The translations under genes were made by a program, and so were the position numbers. The notes below the pieces were generated by a model. The model was not told the origin of the DNA and searched no databases. It saw only the letters and a program-made list of their open reading frames with translations. Shown here one piece after another: positions 8,825-18,114 of a DNA stretch of 64,000 bases. Positions within the stretch are counted from its first letter, which is position 1. Each line of letters opens with the position of its first letter. Origin of the DNA: Candidatus Sumerlaeia bacterium (GTDB lineage Bacteria > Sumerlaeota > Sumerlaeia > SLMS01 > JANRJK01); contig JANRJK010000046.1 in the NCBI GenBank assembly GCA_033764015.1, forward strand, positions 72,782 to 136,781, read 5' to 3'.

Positions 8825-10079
8825 CCATCGCCAAGCGCAGGAGGCACTCGTCGCCCAAGATGATGCGCGCGTCGGTCTTCGTGGGCTTCCATCCCGATGC
8901 GATCATCACCCTCGCAGCCACCGATCTGGCAAGCAGTGGAGGCACGGAATTACCCACCTGTCGGAAACCATGCCACTTGGTGGCGTGAAAGCGGAACCAA
9001 TCCGGGTATGAATGGAGGCGTGCGGCCTCGCGAACAGTGATGCATCGCGGGGCCTCCGGGTGGATCGGTCTCGGGGACGTGAACGCTCCTCGATTGCTTG
9101 GCGTCCCAGCGCGCAGCGTGTTGCACAATCCCAATCGAGGCAAGCGGTAGAAGCGGGATACCGGTTCCGTGTCGCCACCGCGAGTGGCCGAGAATCTATT
9201 GATCGACAACTGGGTGTGGACGGTCCTCATGCTGGAGGTCAGCAACGAAGGGTCGAAGGCGCGGATGATCGAGAAGTCCGTCGGATCGTTCCATGGATAT
9301 CGAAGGGTGGCCGCATAGGGAGACGGTGTGCCCAAGCCCGCCACAACGCAATCCGACTCAAGCAATTCCTCGAACTGCTCAGGATCCGGCAAGTCACCGA
9401 TCGCATCCCAAACCGTCGGGGTGGTGGGCAGGGCGAACAGATCGCCCCCTCCCGCCCCTGTTCTTCGTGACGGTGGCTGATGCGTTGGTTCTGGGTACTC
9501 CGGCGGCTCCAATCCTTTGCGGGTGCCAAGAAGAAAAAGGCGTCTCCGATCCTGAGGGACGCCGAAGTGGGCGGCGCACAATACTCGATACGGGGTGCGG
9601 ACTGAATAGCCTATCTGCTCCAATGCCGAGATCACATCATCAAGGAAGGCACGGTGTTTCCCGACCGCCAACCCCGCGACGTTTTCCAGAACGAAGTAGC
9701 GGGGCTCGAGCTCCTGCACCAACCTCACGAATTCGAGCATCAAGGAGTTGCGCGGATCGTCCATCATCCGCTTGCCGATCATGGAGAACCCTTGGCAAGG
9801 CGGCCCCCCGAACACGACGGCGACATCCCCGGGAACCGCCGCCCGTTGCCTGATCTCGGCCCCGGTCAAGTCTTGAGCGCGTGCGCAGATGGTCGCCCCC
9901 TGCGGGAAGTTGAACGCGTGGGTGGCGCAGTGGATCGGATCGATTTCGACCGCCGCGCGGACATCGAAACCGGCTTGCTCGAACCCGAGCGACATGCCGC
10001 CAGCCCCCGAGAATAGATCCACGGCGACCGGCCTCGCAGGCGTCGACTCAGGTATCGTCCCGTTCTTCGCGGCGCCCAT
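8754..10079 (-). CDS. DNA (cytosine-5)-methyltransferase (Dcm-like, type II)
   Basis: Motif I DLFSGAGG, motif IV PPCQGFS, motif VI ENV, motif VIII QDRRRLFL and motif X GNSVPP are present in canonical order, with a variable target-recognition domain between VIII and IX. Confidence 0.85.
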   Translation of the reverse strand: MGAAKNGTIPESTPARPVAVDLFSGAGGMSLGFEQAGFDVRAAVEIDPIHCATHAFNFPQGATICARAQDLTGAEIRQRAAVPGDVAVVFGGPPCQGFSMIGKRMMDDPRNSLMLEFVRLVQELEPRYFVLENVAGLAVGKHRAFLDDVISALEQIGYSVRTPYRVLCAAHFGVPQDRRRLFLLGTRKGLEPPEYPEPTHQPPSRRTGAGGGDLFALPTTPTVWDAIGDLPDPEQFEELLESDCVVAGLGTPSPYAATLRYPWNDPTDFSIIRAFDPSLLTSSMRTVHTQLSINRFSATRGGDTEPVSRFYRLPRLGLCNTLRAGTPSNRGAFTSPRPIHPEAPRCITVREAARLHSYPDWFRFHATKWHGFRQVGNSVPPLLARSVAARVMIASGWKPTKTDARIILGDECLLRLAMGDAAALHGVDKHVIEPRRRRVSA

Positions 10080-10247
10080 CCGTCGTCAGCTCCTCATCCA
10101 GCGTTAGCCAAGCATCGCCGCAGCCCTTCGCGCAAGCCCCGCAGACGCCGATTCTCTCGCCGCCTCGCGAAGCGCGGGAGCCCGCCCGCGCCGTTGGGAG
10201 GGTCCAGGTGCGTCAACCTCAGCGCCGCCCACAAATCCCCTTGCGCG

Positions 10248-10283
10248 GCGGGATAGTTTGTGAGTATTCACAAACTATCCCGC
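10248..10283. promoter_or_regulatory. Perfect 16-bp inverted repeat with a 4-nt spacer (GGGATAGTTTGTGA-GTAT-TCACAAACTATCCC core). Candidate operator or 5'-UTR hairpin.
   Basis: Positions 10248-10263 are the exact reverse complement of 10268-10283. The repeat is AT-rich for this genome. It lies between the divergent MTase start (10079) and the 905-aa gene, ending directly before a GAGGAG Shine-Dalgarno (10286-10291) and the ATG at 10300. Confidence 0.5.
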
Positions 10284-10299
10284 GCGAGGAGCGCCCGCC

Positions 10300-13017
10300 A
10301 TGCTTAACGCCAGCCACTCCCTCCGATCCCTCTCCGCCGCGGCGGCCGCCTTCGCCTTCATCGCGGCGTTCGCCGGAACCACCGCCGCCCACGGCGCCGA
10401 GCCGCCGGCCACGCATGTCTACCGCGTCGAACTGAACCGCCCGCTTTCGATCCCGTTCGGGACCCTCGCGGCTGGCCTGCACCGGCCCCTCGACTACGAC
10501 GCGCCGGGCGAGGTGGTGCGCGCCTACGGGGGACTGGACGATAAGGGACAGCCGATCCAGGCCGACCGCGCCCTCTACCTCGCAACCACGGATTCGCTCA
10601 CGACGACGACCGTGACGCTTCGCACGCGGAACGCGGGATCGCCGGGGTGGGATCGGTTCGACGAGGGCGAACTGACCGTTCGCGAGGTTGCGCCGGACGA
10701 TCTCGACTATCTGCGCTCCGCTGCGCTCGAGGCCGTCGCGCGGCGCAACGCGGTCGAGGTGGGGCGCGCGCTCCTCGACGCCGAGCTGCAGGAGGCGGTG
10801 GCGAAGCTCCCCGCGGACGATCCGGTGCGGAAGTCGGCGGCCGCTCCGCCCCCGTCCACGCTGCGCCGCGGCTTCGACAGCGCGAACACCATGGGCATGC
10901 TGAGCGGCGGCCGGGCGATCCAGGAGAACCTCGCGCTCGAGATCGAGCTGCGCCCCGACACGTCCGCCGACCAGGCGACAATCCCCCTCGGGAACACACC
11001 GGGGCTCGAGATCGCCGCGATCGACTGGGCGCCGTACCTCGCGGGCGTCGCGCCGCAGGATGCCGGCCCGCTGCCGATGCTTGTTCCGGAGGACAACGCG
11101 GCGCTCTTCGCGCCCTCCGTGGCAGCGCTCGCGCGCGTCGCCGAGCAGATCGAGCGCCTCGGCAATCCACTCGCGGACGCGGCGACGGAACGCTCGACGA
11201 ACCAGCGCACCCGCGAGCGCATCGAGCGCCAGCTCCTGCTCCCGCTCGACACCGCCGCGCAGCTCCTCGGCGCGGCGCTCGTGGACGAGCTGGCGATCAC
11301 GGCGGACGACCTCTACTTCGTGGACGGCACCGGGATCGCGGTGCTGTTCCGCTCGCGCCGGCCGGAGCAGCTCGCCGCCGCGATCCGCGCGCTGCACGCG
11401 GCGGAGCTGCGAACGAACCCCGACGCGCGCGCGTTCGAGGGCGAAACCGGCGGCCTGAGCCACAGCGGCGTGGCGACTCCCTCGCGCGGCGTGTGCAGCC
11501 ACCTCGCGGTGCTGCCCGGGGGCGTGGTCGCGGTGGCGAACTCGGCGGCGCTGCTGGGCCGCGTCGCGGCGGTGTCGCGCGGCGAGCTGCCCGCGCTCGG
11601 CGCGCTGGACGAGTGGCGCTTCTTCCGCGACCGCTACCGCCCCGGCGCGGAGCACGAGGACGCCTTGGTGGTCCTGAGCGATCCCGCGATCCGCAAGTGG
11701 ACCGGGCCTGAGTGGCGCATCGGCCAAAGCCGCCGGCTCCGCGCCGCGGCGGGGCTGCTCCGCGTGGCGGGGATGGACCGCGAGGCGCGCCTCAACGCGG
11801 CCGCGGGCCCGCGCAGCTATCCGACCGGCTGGGTGCTCACCGGGCCCACCACCGTCGTCGCCGACCGCGAGTCGCCCCGGCAGGAGGTCTACGGCTCCCT
11901 CGACTTCCTCACGCCGATCCAGGAACTCGGCATCACCCACGCCACGGTGGCCGAACTTGAGGAGTACCGCAGGTTCCGCGAAGGCTACCAGACGAAGTGG
12001 ACGCGCTTCTTCGATCCCATTGCGATCCAAGTCGATGCGAAGGAGGGCCTGTCGCTCGATACGACCGTGATGCCGCTGGTCGCGGGCACCGACTATGCCG
12101 AGTGGCGCAACGGCGCGTTCTACCTGACGCCGGGCTGCGTGCCGCCGACCTTGCCGGGCACGGCGCTGCGGTTCCAGTGGTGCTTCCACCCGCGAGACAT
12201 CTTCGGCTGGCGCGAGTCCTGGGCCACCGCGTGGCTGGACGGCTGGGCGGATCTCACCCTGCTGGATGATCCGGTGCTGGAGGAGATGCCGCTCGCGGGT
12301 GGCGACGACCTCTACCCTTGGCTCATGAGCAACCACTGGCGCCTGCCGCTCATCACCCGCATCGGCAGCCGCAACCAGATCCTCCTCGGATCGATCCTGA
12401 CCGCCTTCCGGCTTGAGGGCGTGAGGGCGATGAACAACTCGATCGCCTTTGAGACCATCACGCATGCGAACAGCGCCTACAGCAGAGTTGTGAGCCGCGG
12501 GGGGGCCCCCGGCGACCCGTCGTTCCAGTACGCCACCGACAACTCGATGCTGACGCTCAGCCTGAAGGAAGAGGCGCTGCGGGAGCTGATGGAGAACAAC
12601 TGGGGCGCCGGAGTCAGGACGCCCGAGCCCCTCGGCGAGCACGTCGCGCTCTTCGTCGAGCCTAAGATGATGCCGTTCCTGCGCTCGTTGGACTTCGGCG
12701 ATTACGACCGCGCGGCCCGCACCGCGTCCTTCGCCAACATCCCGGTGCTGAACCGCTGGCGGCAGCTTTACCCGGACCGCGACCCGGTCGAGTGCCACCG
12801 CATTGTGTTCGGCACCGTCCTCGAGTGCCCCGGCGGGCAGGGCTACCGTTGGAACGAGATGCAGCGCACCATGGAGTCGGTCGTCTTCGGCTCGCCGAAC
12901 CAGATGGTCGAGGAGGCCACCGTGCCGTGGCCGCGGACGGGCCGTGTCGAGGCGGGCCTCACCTTCGAGCCGGACGGCCTCCGCGCGCGGGTCCGCATCG
13001 CGGACCCGCCGCGCTGA
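10300..13017 (+). CDS. Large secreted hypothetical protein (905 aa)
   Basis: There is an N-terminal signal peptide (AAAAFAFIAAFAGTTAAHG) and a GAGGAG Shine-Dalgarno. I recognise no catalytic motif. The antisense ORF 10219..12798 is judged an artefact. Confidence 0.5.
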   Translation: MLNASHSLRSLSAAAAAFAFIAAFAGTTAAHGAEPPATHVYRVELNRPLSIPFGTLAAGLHRPLDYDAPGEVVRAYGGLDDKGQPIQADRALYLATTDSLTTTTVTLRTRNAGSPGWDRFDEGELTVREVAPDDLDYLRSAALEAVARRNAVEVGRALLDAELQEAVAKLPADDPVRKSAAAPPPSTLRRGFDSANTMGMLSGGRAIQENLALEIELRPDTSADQATIPLGNTPGLEIAAIDWAPYLAGVAPQDAGPLPMLVPEDNAALFAPSVAALARVAEQIERLGNPLADAATERSTNQRTRERIERQLLLPLDTAAQLLGAALVDELAITADDLYFVDGTGIAVLFRSRRPEQLAAAIRALHAAELRTNPDARAFEGETGGLSHSGVATPSRGVCSHLAVLPGGVVAVANSAALLGRVAAVSRGELPALGALDEWRFFRDRYRPGAEHEDALVVLSDPAIRKWTGPEWRIGQSRRLRAAAGLLRVAGMDREARLNAAAGPRSYPTGWVLTGPTTVVADRESPRQEVYGSLDFLTPIQELGITHATVAELEEYRRFREGYQTKWTRFFDPIAIQVDAKEGLSLDTTVMPLVAGTDYAEWRNGAFYLTPGCVPPTLPGTALRFQWCFHPRDIFGWRESWATAWLDGWADLTLLDDPVLEEMPLAGGDDLYPWLMSNHWRLPLITRIGSRNQILLGSILTAFRLEGVRAMNNSIAFETITHANSAYSRVVSRGGAPGDPSFQYATDNSMLTLSLKEEALRELMENNWGAGVRTPEPLGEHVALFVEPKMMPFLRSLDFGDYDRAARTASFANIPVLNRWRQLYPDRDPVECHRIVFGTVLECPGGQGYRWNEMQRTMESVVFGSPNQMVEEATVPWPRTGRVEAGLTFEPDGLRARVRIADPPR

Positions 13018-13032
13018 GGGGGGGACGTCGAA

Positions 13033-13060
13033 CCCCGCTGCGGCCCGGTCAACCGGGCCG
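13033..13060. terminator. Bidirectional intrinsic-terminator-like hairpin between convergent genes
   Basis: GCTGCGGCCCGG-TCAA-CCGGGCCGCAGC is a 12-bp perfect stem with a 4-nt loop, 16 nt after the 905-aa gene stop. It overlaps the stop codon of the minus-strand small ORF. Confidence 0.5.
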
Positions 13061-13234
13061 CAGCACCACGCGCCGCGCGCGGATCACCGCGCGCCAGTGC
13101 TCCGGCGTCTCGTCCCACACGTGGACCTGCACCTTGAACGGGATGTTGCTTTCTTCGAGCGCGGCGCGCTCATGGTTAGCGATCTGTTCCGCCAGATGGT
13201 CGAGGGCGGCCTTGAGCTTGGAGTAGTCGGTCAT
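13049..13234 (-). CDS. Small hypothetical protein (~61 aa) downstream of the RND pump
   Basis: The ORF is MTDYSKLKAALDHLAEQIANHERAALEE... There is no clear Shine-Dalgarno, but the coding potential is consistent. Confidence 0.3.
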   Translation of the reverse strand: MTDYSKLKAALDHLAEQIANHERAALEESNIPFKVQVHVWDETPEHWRAVIRARRVVLRPG

Positions 13235-13361
13235 GGGGAGGGCCCCCCGTGTTGGAAGGCAACACCACCTCCCCATCCGCAAGAGCGACGGGGGCGCGCC
13301 GTTGCCGGCGCGCCCCCGCGGGTAGCGCTTGCTCTGGCCTGCGGCGCGGTGCCGCGGCGGG

Positions 13362-16300
13362 TCAGCCCTCTTCCAGCTTCGTCACCACGGTCGAAGCGCG
13401 CTGGCCGAGCCTCGAGTCGGCGAACTTCTCGGCGGCGTCCTGGAGCAGCGTCATCACCGAGGGGATGAAGAACAGCGTGGTGATCGTGCCGAGGAGCAGG
13501 CCGCCGAACATCACGATGCCGAGGCCGCGGTACAGTTCCGAGCCGGCGCCGGGGATCAGCACCAGCGGAGCCAAGCCGAGGATCGTGGTGCCCGTCGTCA
13601 TCAGGATCGGGCGCACTCGCGAGAGCGTCGCCTTCACCGCCGCGTCGTGCCGGTCCATTCCTTGCCGCTCGAAGTTGAGCGTCTGCTCCACCACGAGGAT
13701 CGGGTTGTTCACAACGCTACCCAGAAGGATGAAGAAGCCGAGCATCGTGAGCACGTCGAGCGACTGGATCTGGCCCGGCTGGACGACCGCCAGGTAGAGG
13801 TTGATGAACTTCAGCCCGATCACGCCGCCCGACATGCCGACGGGGATCGAGAGCAGGATCGTGAACGGGTGGCCCCAGTGGTGGAAGATCAGCACCATCA
13901 CCATATACACCAGCGCCAGCGCCAGGAAGATGTCTCCCGACAGCGCGTCGCGGATCGCCGTCAGCTTGTCGGAGGAGCCGCCGATGCGCAGCTCGACGCC
14001 GGGGGGCACCAAGCCCTCCTCGAACATCTTGCCGACGATCTCGTTGCGGATCGCGTCGATGCCTTCCTCGAGCGATTTCTCCTGCGGCGGTGCGATGCCG
14101 AGGGTCACGGCGCGCTGCTGGTCCACACGGCGGATCGCCTCCGGCACGAAGTCGAACCCGAACGTCGCCACGTCCGCGATCGGCACCGTCGAGCCGGTGT
14201 CGGTCGCGATCCGCAGCGCGTCGAAGTTCGTCAGCGTGTCCAGCGCGCCGAGCGTCGAGTACATATAGATGTCGTACTTGCGGCCGTCCTCGTAGTAGTC
14301 GTCCACGTAGGCGCCGTCGCCGAGGACCCACGCTCCGTAGCCGATGCTCGATGAGCTGACGCCCGACTCCGCCGCGCGGAGCCAGTTCGGCCGGATCGTG
14401 AGCTGCGGCTGGCCGATTTCGATGCCGGGCTGCGGACGCGGCGGCTCGCCGAACAGCATCATCGTCTTCACGAACGCCTGCGCCGCCACCCCGGTGATCA
14501 TCGGGTAGTCGGTGCCGATGATGTCCAGGTCCACGCCGCGGGATCCGAGCAGGTCCGACTCGAAGATCGACACCTGCTGGGCGAACCCGAACATGCCGGG
14601 CACCTGGTTGAAGTAGCGCGTCAGCAGGTCGGGCACCAGCGCGGAGTGCGACGGGTCCTGAGCCCGCGAGAAGATGAAGATGTTCGCGCCGAAGCCGACG
14701 AAGAAGAAGTCCTTGATCGGCGGGCCGTCCAGCTCGCCGGCCTCGAACTGCTCCGGCGTGCCCTCCACGTAGGGGCGGATCCGGCTCTCGAGCTCCGCGC
14801 CGACCGCCGACAGCTCGTCGATGTTGTAGCCCTGCGGCGGGATCATCAGGCCGAAAACCGTGTTCTGGTTGCCGTCCGGCAGGTACTCCGTCTTCGGCAT
14901 GAAGACGAAGATGAGGAGGATCGACAGCCCGAGCACGCCGCCGACGACCGCGAGGCGGCGCGCCGTGCTGCGCATCAGGTAGGTCAGCAGCCGCTCCAGC
15001 ATCCGGAGCCATCCGCCCGCGAGGTGCGCGAGCCCGAACAGGTTGTAGGCGTTCCGCCGCAGGCCGGCGTGCTTCGGTTCCTCCGGCAGCTTGTGCAGCA
15101 GGTGGTACGCGAGGCACGGCACCACCAGCACCGCGACGAGCAGCGCCAGCAGGTTCGTCGCGGTGATCGCGATGGCGATGTCCTTGAAGAGCTGCCCCGC
15201 CTGCTCCTTCAGCGTGATGATCGGCAGGAACACGATCACGTTCGTCAGCGTGCCGGACAGCAGCGCCGACCAGACCTCCTCGATGCCGTCCTCCGCCGCC
15301 TTATAGGGGCCCTTCCCCATCTCTCGATGCCGGAAGATGTTCTCCAGAACCACGATCGAGCAGTCGAGCACCGAACCCACGGAGAACGCCAGGCCGGCGA
15401 GCGAGATCACGTTGATCGTCCTCCCCAGCGCGTTGATCATGAAGAGGCTTCCCGCGATGCACAGCGGCACCGCGACGCCCACGATCGCCGTGCTGCGCAG
15501 GTGCCGCAGGAACATCATCAGCACCACCAGCGACAGCGCGCCGCCGCTGAACAGGTTCGAATACACCATCTCGGTGGCTTCCCGCACGTACTCGGTGTCG
15601 TCGGTGACCTGCGTGATGCGCAGGTTCCGCGGCGCGAGCATCTCGTTCTCCACCTCGATGGCGACGCGCTTCACCTCGTCCATGACCACGAGCAGGTTGG
15701 TGCCGGGCTCGTGGCGGACGCCCATGGCGAGCGCGGGGCGACCGTTGTGGCGGATCAGCGAGCGCTGCTTCGCCGTGCCGAGCGCCGCGTAGCCGACATC
15801 GCGGATGTACACCGCCACCCCGTCGCGCACCGTGATGATCGTGTTCTCGAGGTCCTGCGGCGTGCGGACGCGCCCCAGCGTCCGCACGTTGTAGCGCCGC
15901 TTCCCCTCGTACAGGTCGCCGCCGGAGACGTCGCGGTTGTTCAAGCGCACCGCCTCGCGCACCTGGTAGATCGTGATGCCGCGCTCCGCCAGTTTCGTCG
16001 GGTCGATGAAGAGCTGCATCTCCTTCGGCGAGCCGCCGTAGACGCCCTGGATGGAGGCGACCCCGGGAATGCGCTCGAAGCGCGGCTTGACGAAGTCCTC
16101 GACGTAGTTGAACTGCGCCTGGATGTCGACCTGCGCTTCCATGCCCTCCGCGGCGCGGATGCTGAACCAGCCCACCGGCTGGTCCGCGGAGGAAGTGGTC
16201 GAGATCGCCGGCTGGTCCACGTTCTCCGGGTACGAAGCCACCTGCGCCAGCGCGTTGTTCACGCGCACCAGATTCTCCGACTGGTCGGAGCCGACGCTGA

Positions 16301-16577
16301 ACTCGAGGATGATTTCGCCCTGCCCGAAGGTGGCGTTGCTCGTCATCTTCTTCAGGCCGGGGACCGAGCGGAGGAAGCGCTCCTGCTCGATCAGGATGTC
16401 CTGCTCCACATCCTCCGGCGAGGCGCCGGGGAAGATCGTGGAGACGGTGATCGCCGGTTCGCGCACGTTCGGCGTGAGCTGGACCGGGATGCTGAAGAGC
16501 GCCAGCACGCCGAACAGCATGATCGTGATGCAGAGCACCGCCACGGCGATGCCGTTGTTCAGGAAGTAGCGGATCAA
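13362..16577 (-). CDS. RND efflux transporter, inner-membrane pump (AcrB/HAE1 family)
   Basis: 1071 aa. The N-terminus MIRYFLNNGIAVAVLCITIMLFGVLALFSIP is typical of AcrB-type pumps, with 12-TM topology and two large periplasmic loops. Confidence 0.9.
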   Translation of the reverse strand: MIRYFLNNGIAVAVLCITIMLFGVLALFSIPVQLTPNVREPAITVSTIFPGASPEDVEQDILIEQERFLRSVPGLKKMTSNATFGQGEIILEFSVGSDQSENLVRVNNALAQVASYPENVDQPAISTTSSADQPVGWFSIRAAEGMEAQVDIQAQFNYVEDFVKPRFERIPGVASIQGVYGGSPKEMQLFIDPTKLAERGITIYQVREAVRLNNRDVSGGDLYEGKRRYNVRTLGRVRTPQDLENTIITVRDGVAVYIRDVGYAALGTAKQRSLIRHNGRPALAMGVRHEPGTNLLVVMDEVKRVAIEVENEMLAPRNLRITQVTDDTEYVREATEMVYSNLFSGGALSLVVLMMFLRHLRSTAIVGVAVPLCIAGSLFMINALGRTINVISLAGLAFSVGSVLDCSIVVLENIFRHREMGKGPYKAAEDGIEEVWSALLSGTLTNVIVFLPIITLKEQAGQLFKDIAIAITATNLLALLVAVLVVPCLAYHLLHKLPEEPKHAGLRRNAYNLFGLAHLAGGWLRMLERLLTYLMRSTARRLAVVGGVLGLSILLIFVFMPKTEYLPDGNQNTVFGLMIPPQGYNIDELSAVGAELESRIRPYVEGTPEQFEAGELDGPPIKDFFFVGFGANIFIFSRAQDPSHSALVPDLLTRYFNQVPGMFGFAQQVSIFESDLLGSRGVDLDIIGTDYPMITGVAAQAFVKTMMLFGEPPRPQPGIEIGQPQLTIRPNWLRAAESGVSSSSIGYGAWVLGDGAYVDDYYEDGRKYDIYMYSTLGALDTLTNFDALRIATDTGSTVPIADVATFGFDFVPEAIRRVDQQRAVTLGIAPPQEKSLEEGIDAIRNEIVGKMFEEGLVPPGVELRIGGSSDKLTAIRDALSGDIFLALALVYMVMVLIFHHWGHPFTILLSIPVGMSGGVIGLKFINLYLAVVQPGQIQSLDVLTMLGFFILLGSVVNNPILVVEQTLNFERQGMDRHDAAVKATLSRVRPILMTTGTTILGLAPLVLIPGAGSELYRGLGIVMFGGLLLGTITTLFFIPSVMTLLQDAAEKFADSRLGQRASTVVTKLEEG

Positions 16578-16608
16578 GTGGGCGTCCCTCCGGGTTGCGC
16601 GGGGAGCG

Positions 16609-17943
16609 TCATTCGACGCGGTTCGATTCGTCGAAGAATCCGGTCGGGTCCACGCGGTCCGCGCTGTTCAGGGCGTCGGTCACGAACTGGTTTGTCAGCA
16701 GGGGCTGGCCCGGGCGCAGGCGCTCGTTGCCGCGGATCACCACCTCGTCGCCGGCCTTCAGAGGGCCGAACACCTCGACCGACTGGCCGAAGAAGCGCCC
16801 CGTCGTCACCGGCAGCATCTCCGCCACCACGCCTCCTTCCGTGCGCACCGCCTTAAAGACGAACAGCGCCGGGCCCTGCGGCACCAGCGCGTCGCGCAGC
16901 ACAAGCACGGACTTCTCGTCCGCCGACGGCGCGTCGAGCTCGATGCGCGCCAGCATTCCCGAAGCGACGCGGCGCCCCGGGTTCGGCATCTCGAGGAAGA
17001 TCTGGAACGCGCGGTTCTGCCGGTCCGCCCGCGGCACCTTCTGGTGCACCCGCGCCGTGAACGGCTCGTTCGGGAAGGCGTCGATGGCGACTTGGAACGT
17101 GTCGCCCACCTCGATCAGCGAGAAGTAACGCTCCGGCACCTCGACGGCGACCTTCAGGTGGTCCATGTACTCGAAGTCGTAGAGCCGCGTGCCGCGGTCG
17201 AGGAAGCTGCCGAGGGAGATGTACTTGTTCGTGATCGCGCCGGCGAAGGGCGCGCGCACCGTCGAGCGCTCCAGCGAGTCGGCGGCGAGCCCGGCGAGCG
17301 CCTCGGAGGCCTCCGCCTGCGCCTTCGCCGCGGCCACCACTTCCGCGCGCGAGCCCCGCTCGGCGATGTCCAGCCGCGCCTTCAGCACGCGCTCGTTCGC
17401 CTGCGCCGTCACATACGCGCGCCGCACCCGGTCGTACTCGCTCTGGCTCGTGTTGCCGTCGCGGAGGAGCTGCTCGTAGCGCTCGAAGTCCGCCTTGGCG
17501 ATCTCCGCGTTGGTCTTCCCCTCTTCGTGGTTCGCGCGGGCGATTTCGAGATCCTCCGCGCGCGTCCCGTTGGCCAGTTCCAGATAGCGCTGGCGGTCCG
17601 CGTCGGCCTGCGCGCGGGCCTGCGCCAGACGCAGTTGGAACGGCTCCGGCCGCATCCGCAGCAGCGCGGTCCCGGTCGTCACGTAGTCGCCCTCGAGCGC
17701 GAGGATCTCCGACACCACGCCCTCCTCTTCGGAGGCAATGGCGGTACGAACGAAGCCCTCGACGGACCCGGTGAGCTTGATGGGCTGCGTGATCGAGCCG
17801 AGCTCGACACGCGCCGTCACCACGGATGCCGGAGGTCCGGCGGGAGCCGAACTTTCGTCTGGCTGGGCCGGAATCACACTAACCCAGAGGCCGAGGGCCA
17901 GTGCCACTGCGGAGGCGCCGGAAAGCACGCGGGAGCTTTTCAT
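16609..17943 (-). CDS. RND efflux periplasmic adaptor (membrane fusion protein, HlyD family)
   Basis: There is a signal-anchor (MKSSRVLSGASAVALALGLWV), then coiled-coil and beta-barrel/lipoyl motifs. The gene lies immediately upstream of the pump with a 31-nt gap. Confidence 0.8.
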   Translation of the reverse strand: MKSSRVLSGASAVALALGLWVSVIPAQPDESSAPAGPPASVVTARVELGSITQPIKLTGSVEGFVRTAIASEEEGVVSEILALEGDYVTTGTALLRMRPEPFQLRLAQARAQADADRQRYLELANGTRAEDLEIARANHEEGKTNAEIAKADFERYEQLLRDGNTSQSEYDRVRRAYVTAQANERVLKARLDIAERGSRAEVVAAAKAQAEASEALAGLAADSLERSTVRAPFAGAITNKYISLGSFLDRGTRLYDFEYMDHLKVAVEVPERYFSLIEVGDTFQVAIDAFPNEPFTARVHQKVPRADRQNRAFQIFLEMPNPGRRVASGMLARIELDAPSADEKSVLVLRDALVPQGPALFVFKAVRTEGGVVAEMLPVTTGRFFGQSVEVFGPLKAGDEVVIRGNERLRPGQPLLTNQFVTDALNSADRVDPTGFFDESNRVE

Positions 17944-18114
17944 AGAGTGTTTGTTCTGTTGAGGTTGAGATTCCGCTGGGGGGAGGGCGAAGACTCCCTC
18001 CGGAGCCTTCAACGGGCGGTTCCGCTTGAATTCCGATAATTATGAGAGCAAGTCCGGTTCCCGAACGGGACACCCGGTATCGTGTACGTCTCGGCTCGCG
18101 CGGACTTCACCGCG

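Noticed and set aside
10219-12798. 859-aa minus-strand ORF opposite the 905-aa secreted protein gene. Similar long antisense ORFs include 13329..14354, 13717..15117, 14646..16856, 21232..22965, 23152..25200, 25767..27914, 25982..27640, 27784..29256, 29260..30891, 35434..38679, 39291..41087, 41177..42421, 47169..49178, 47840..50032, 50601..52088, 51917..52975, 53546..55126 and 59088..63947.
   Set aside because: These are GC-skewed frame artefacts with low-complexity Arg/Ala/Gly/Asp composition. Each overlaps a gene with clear motif support on the other strand or frame.
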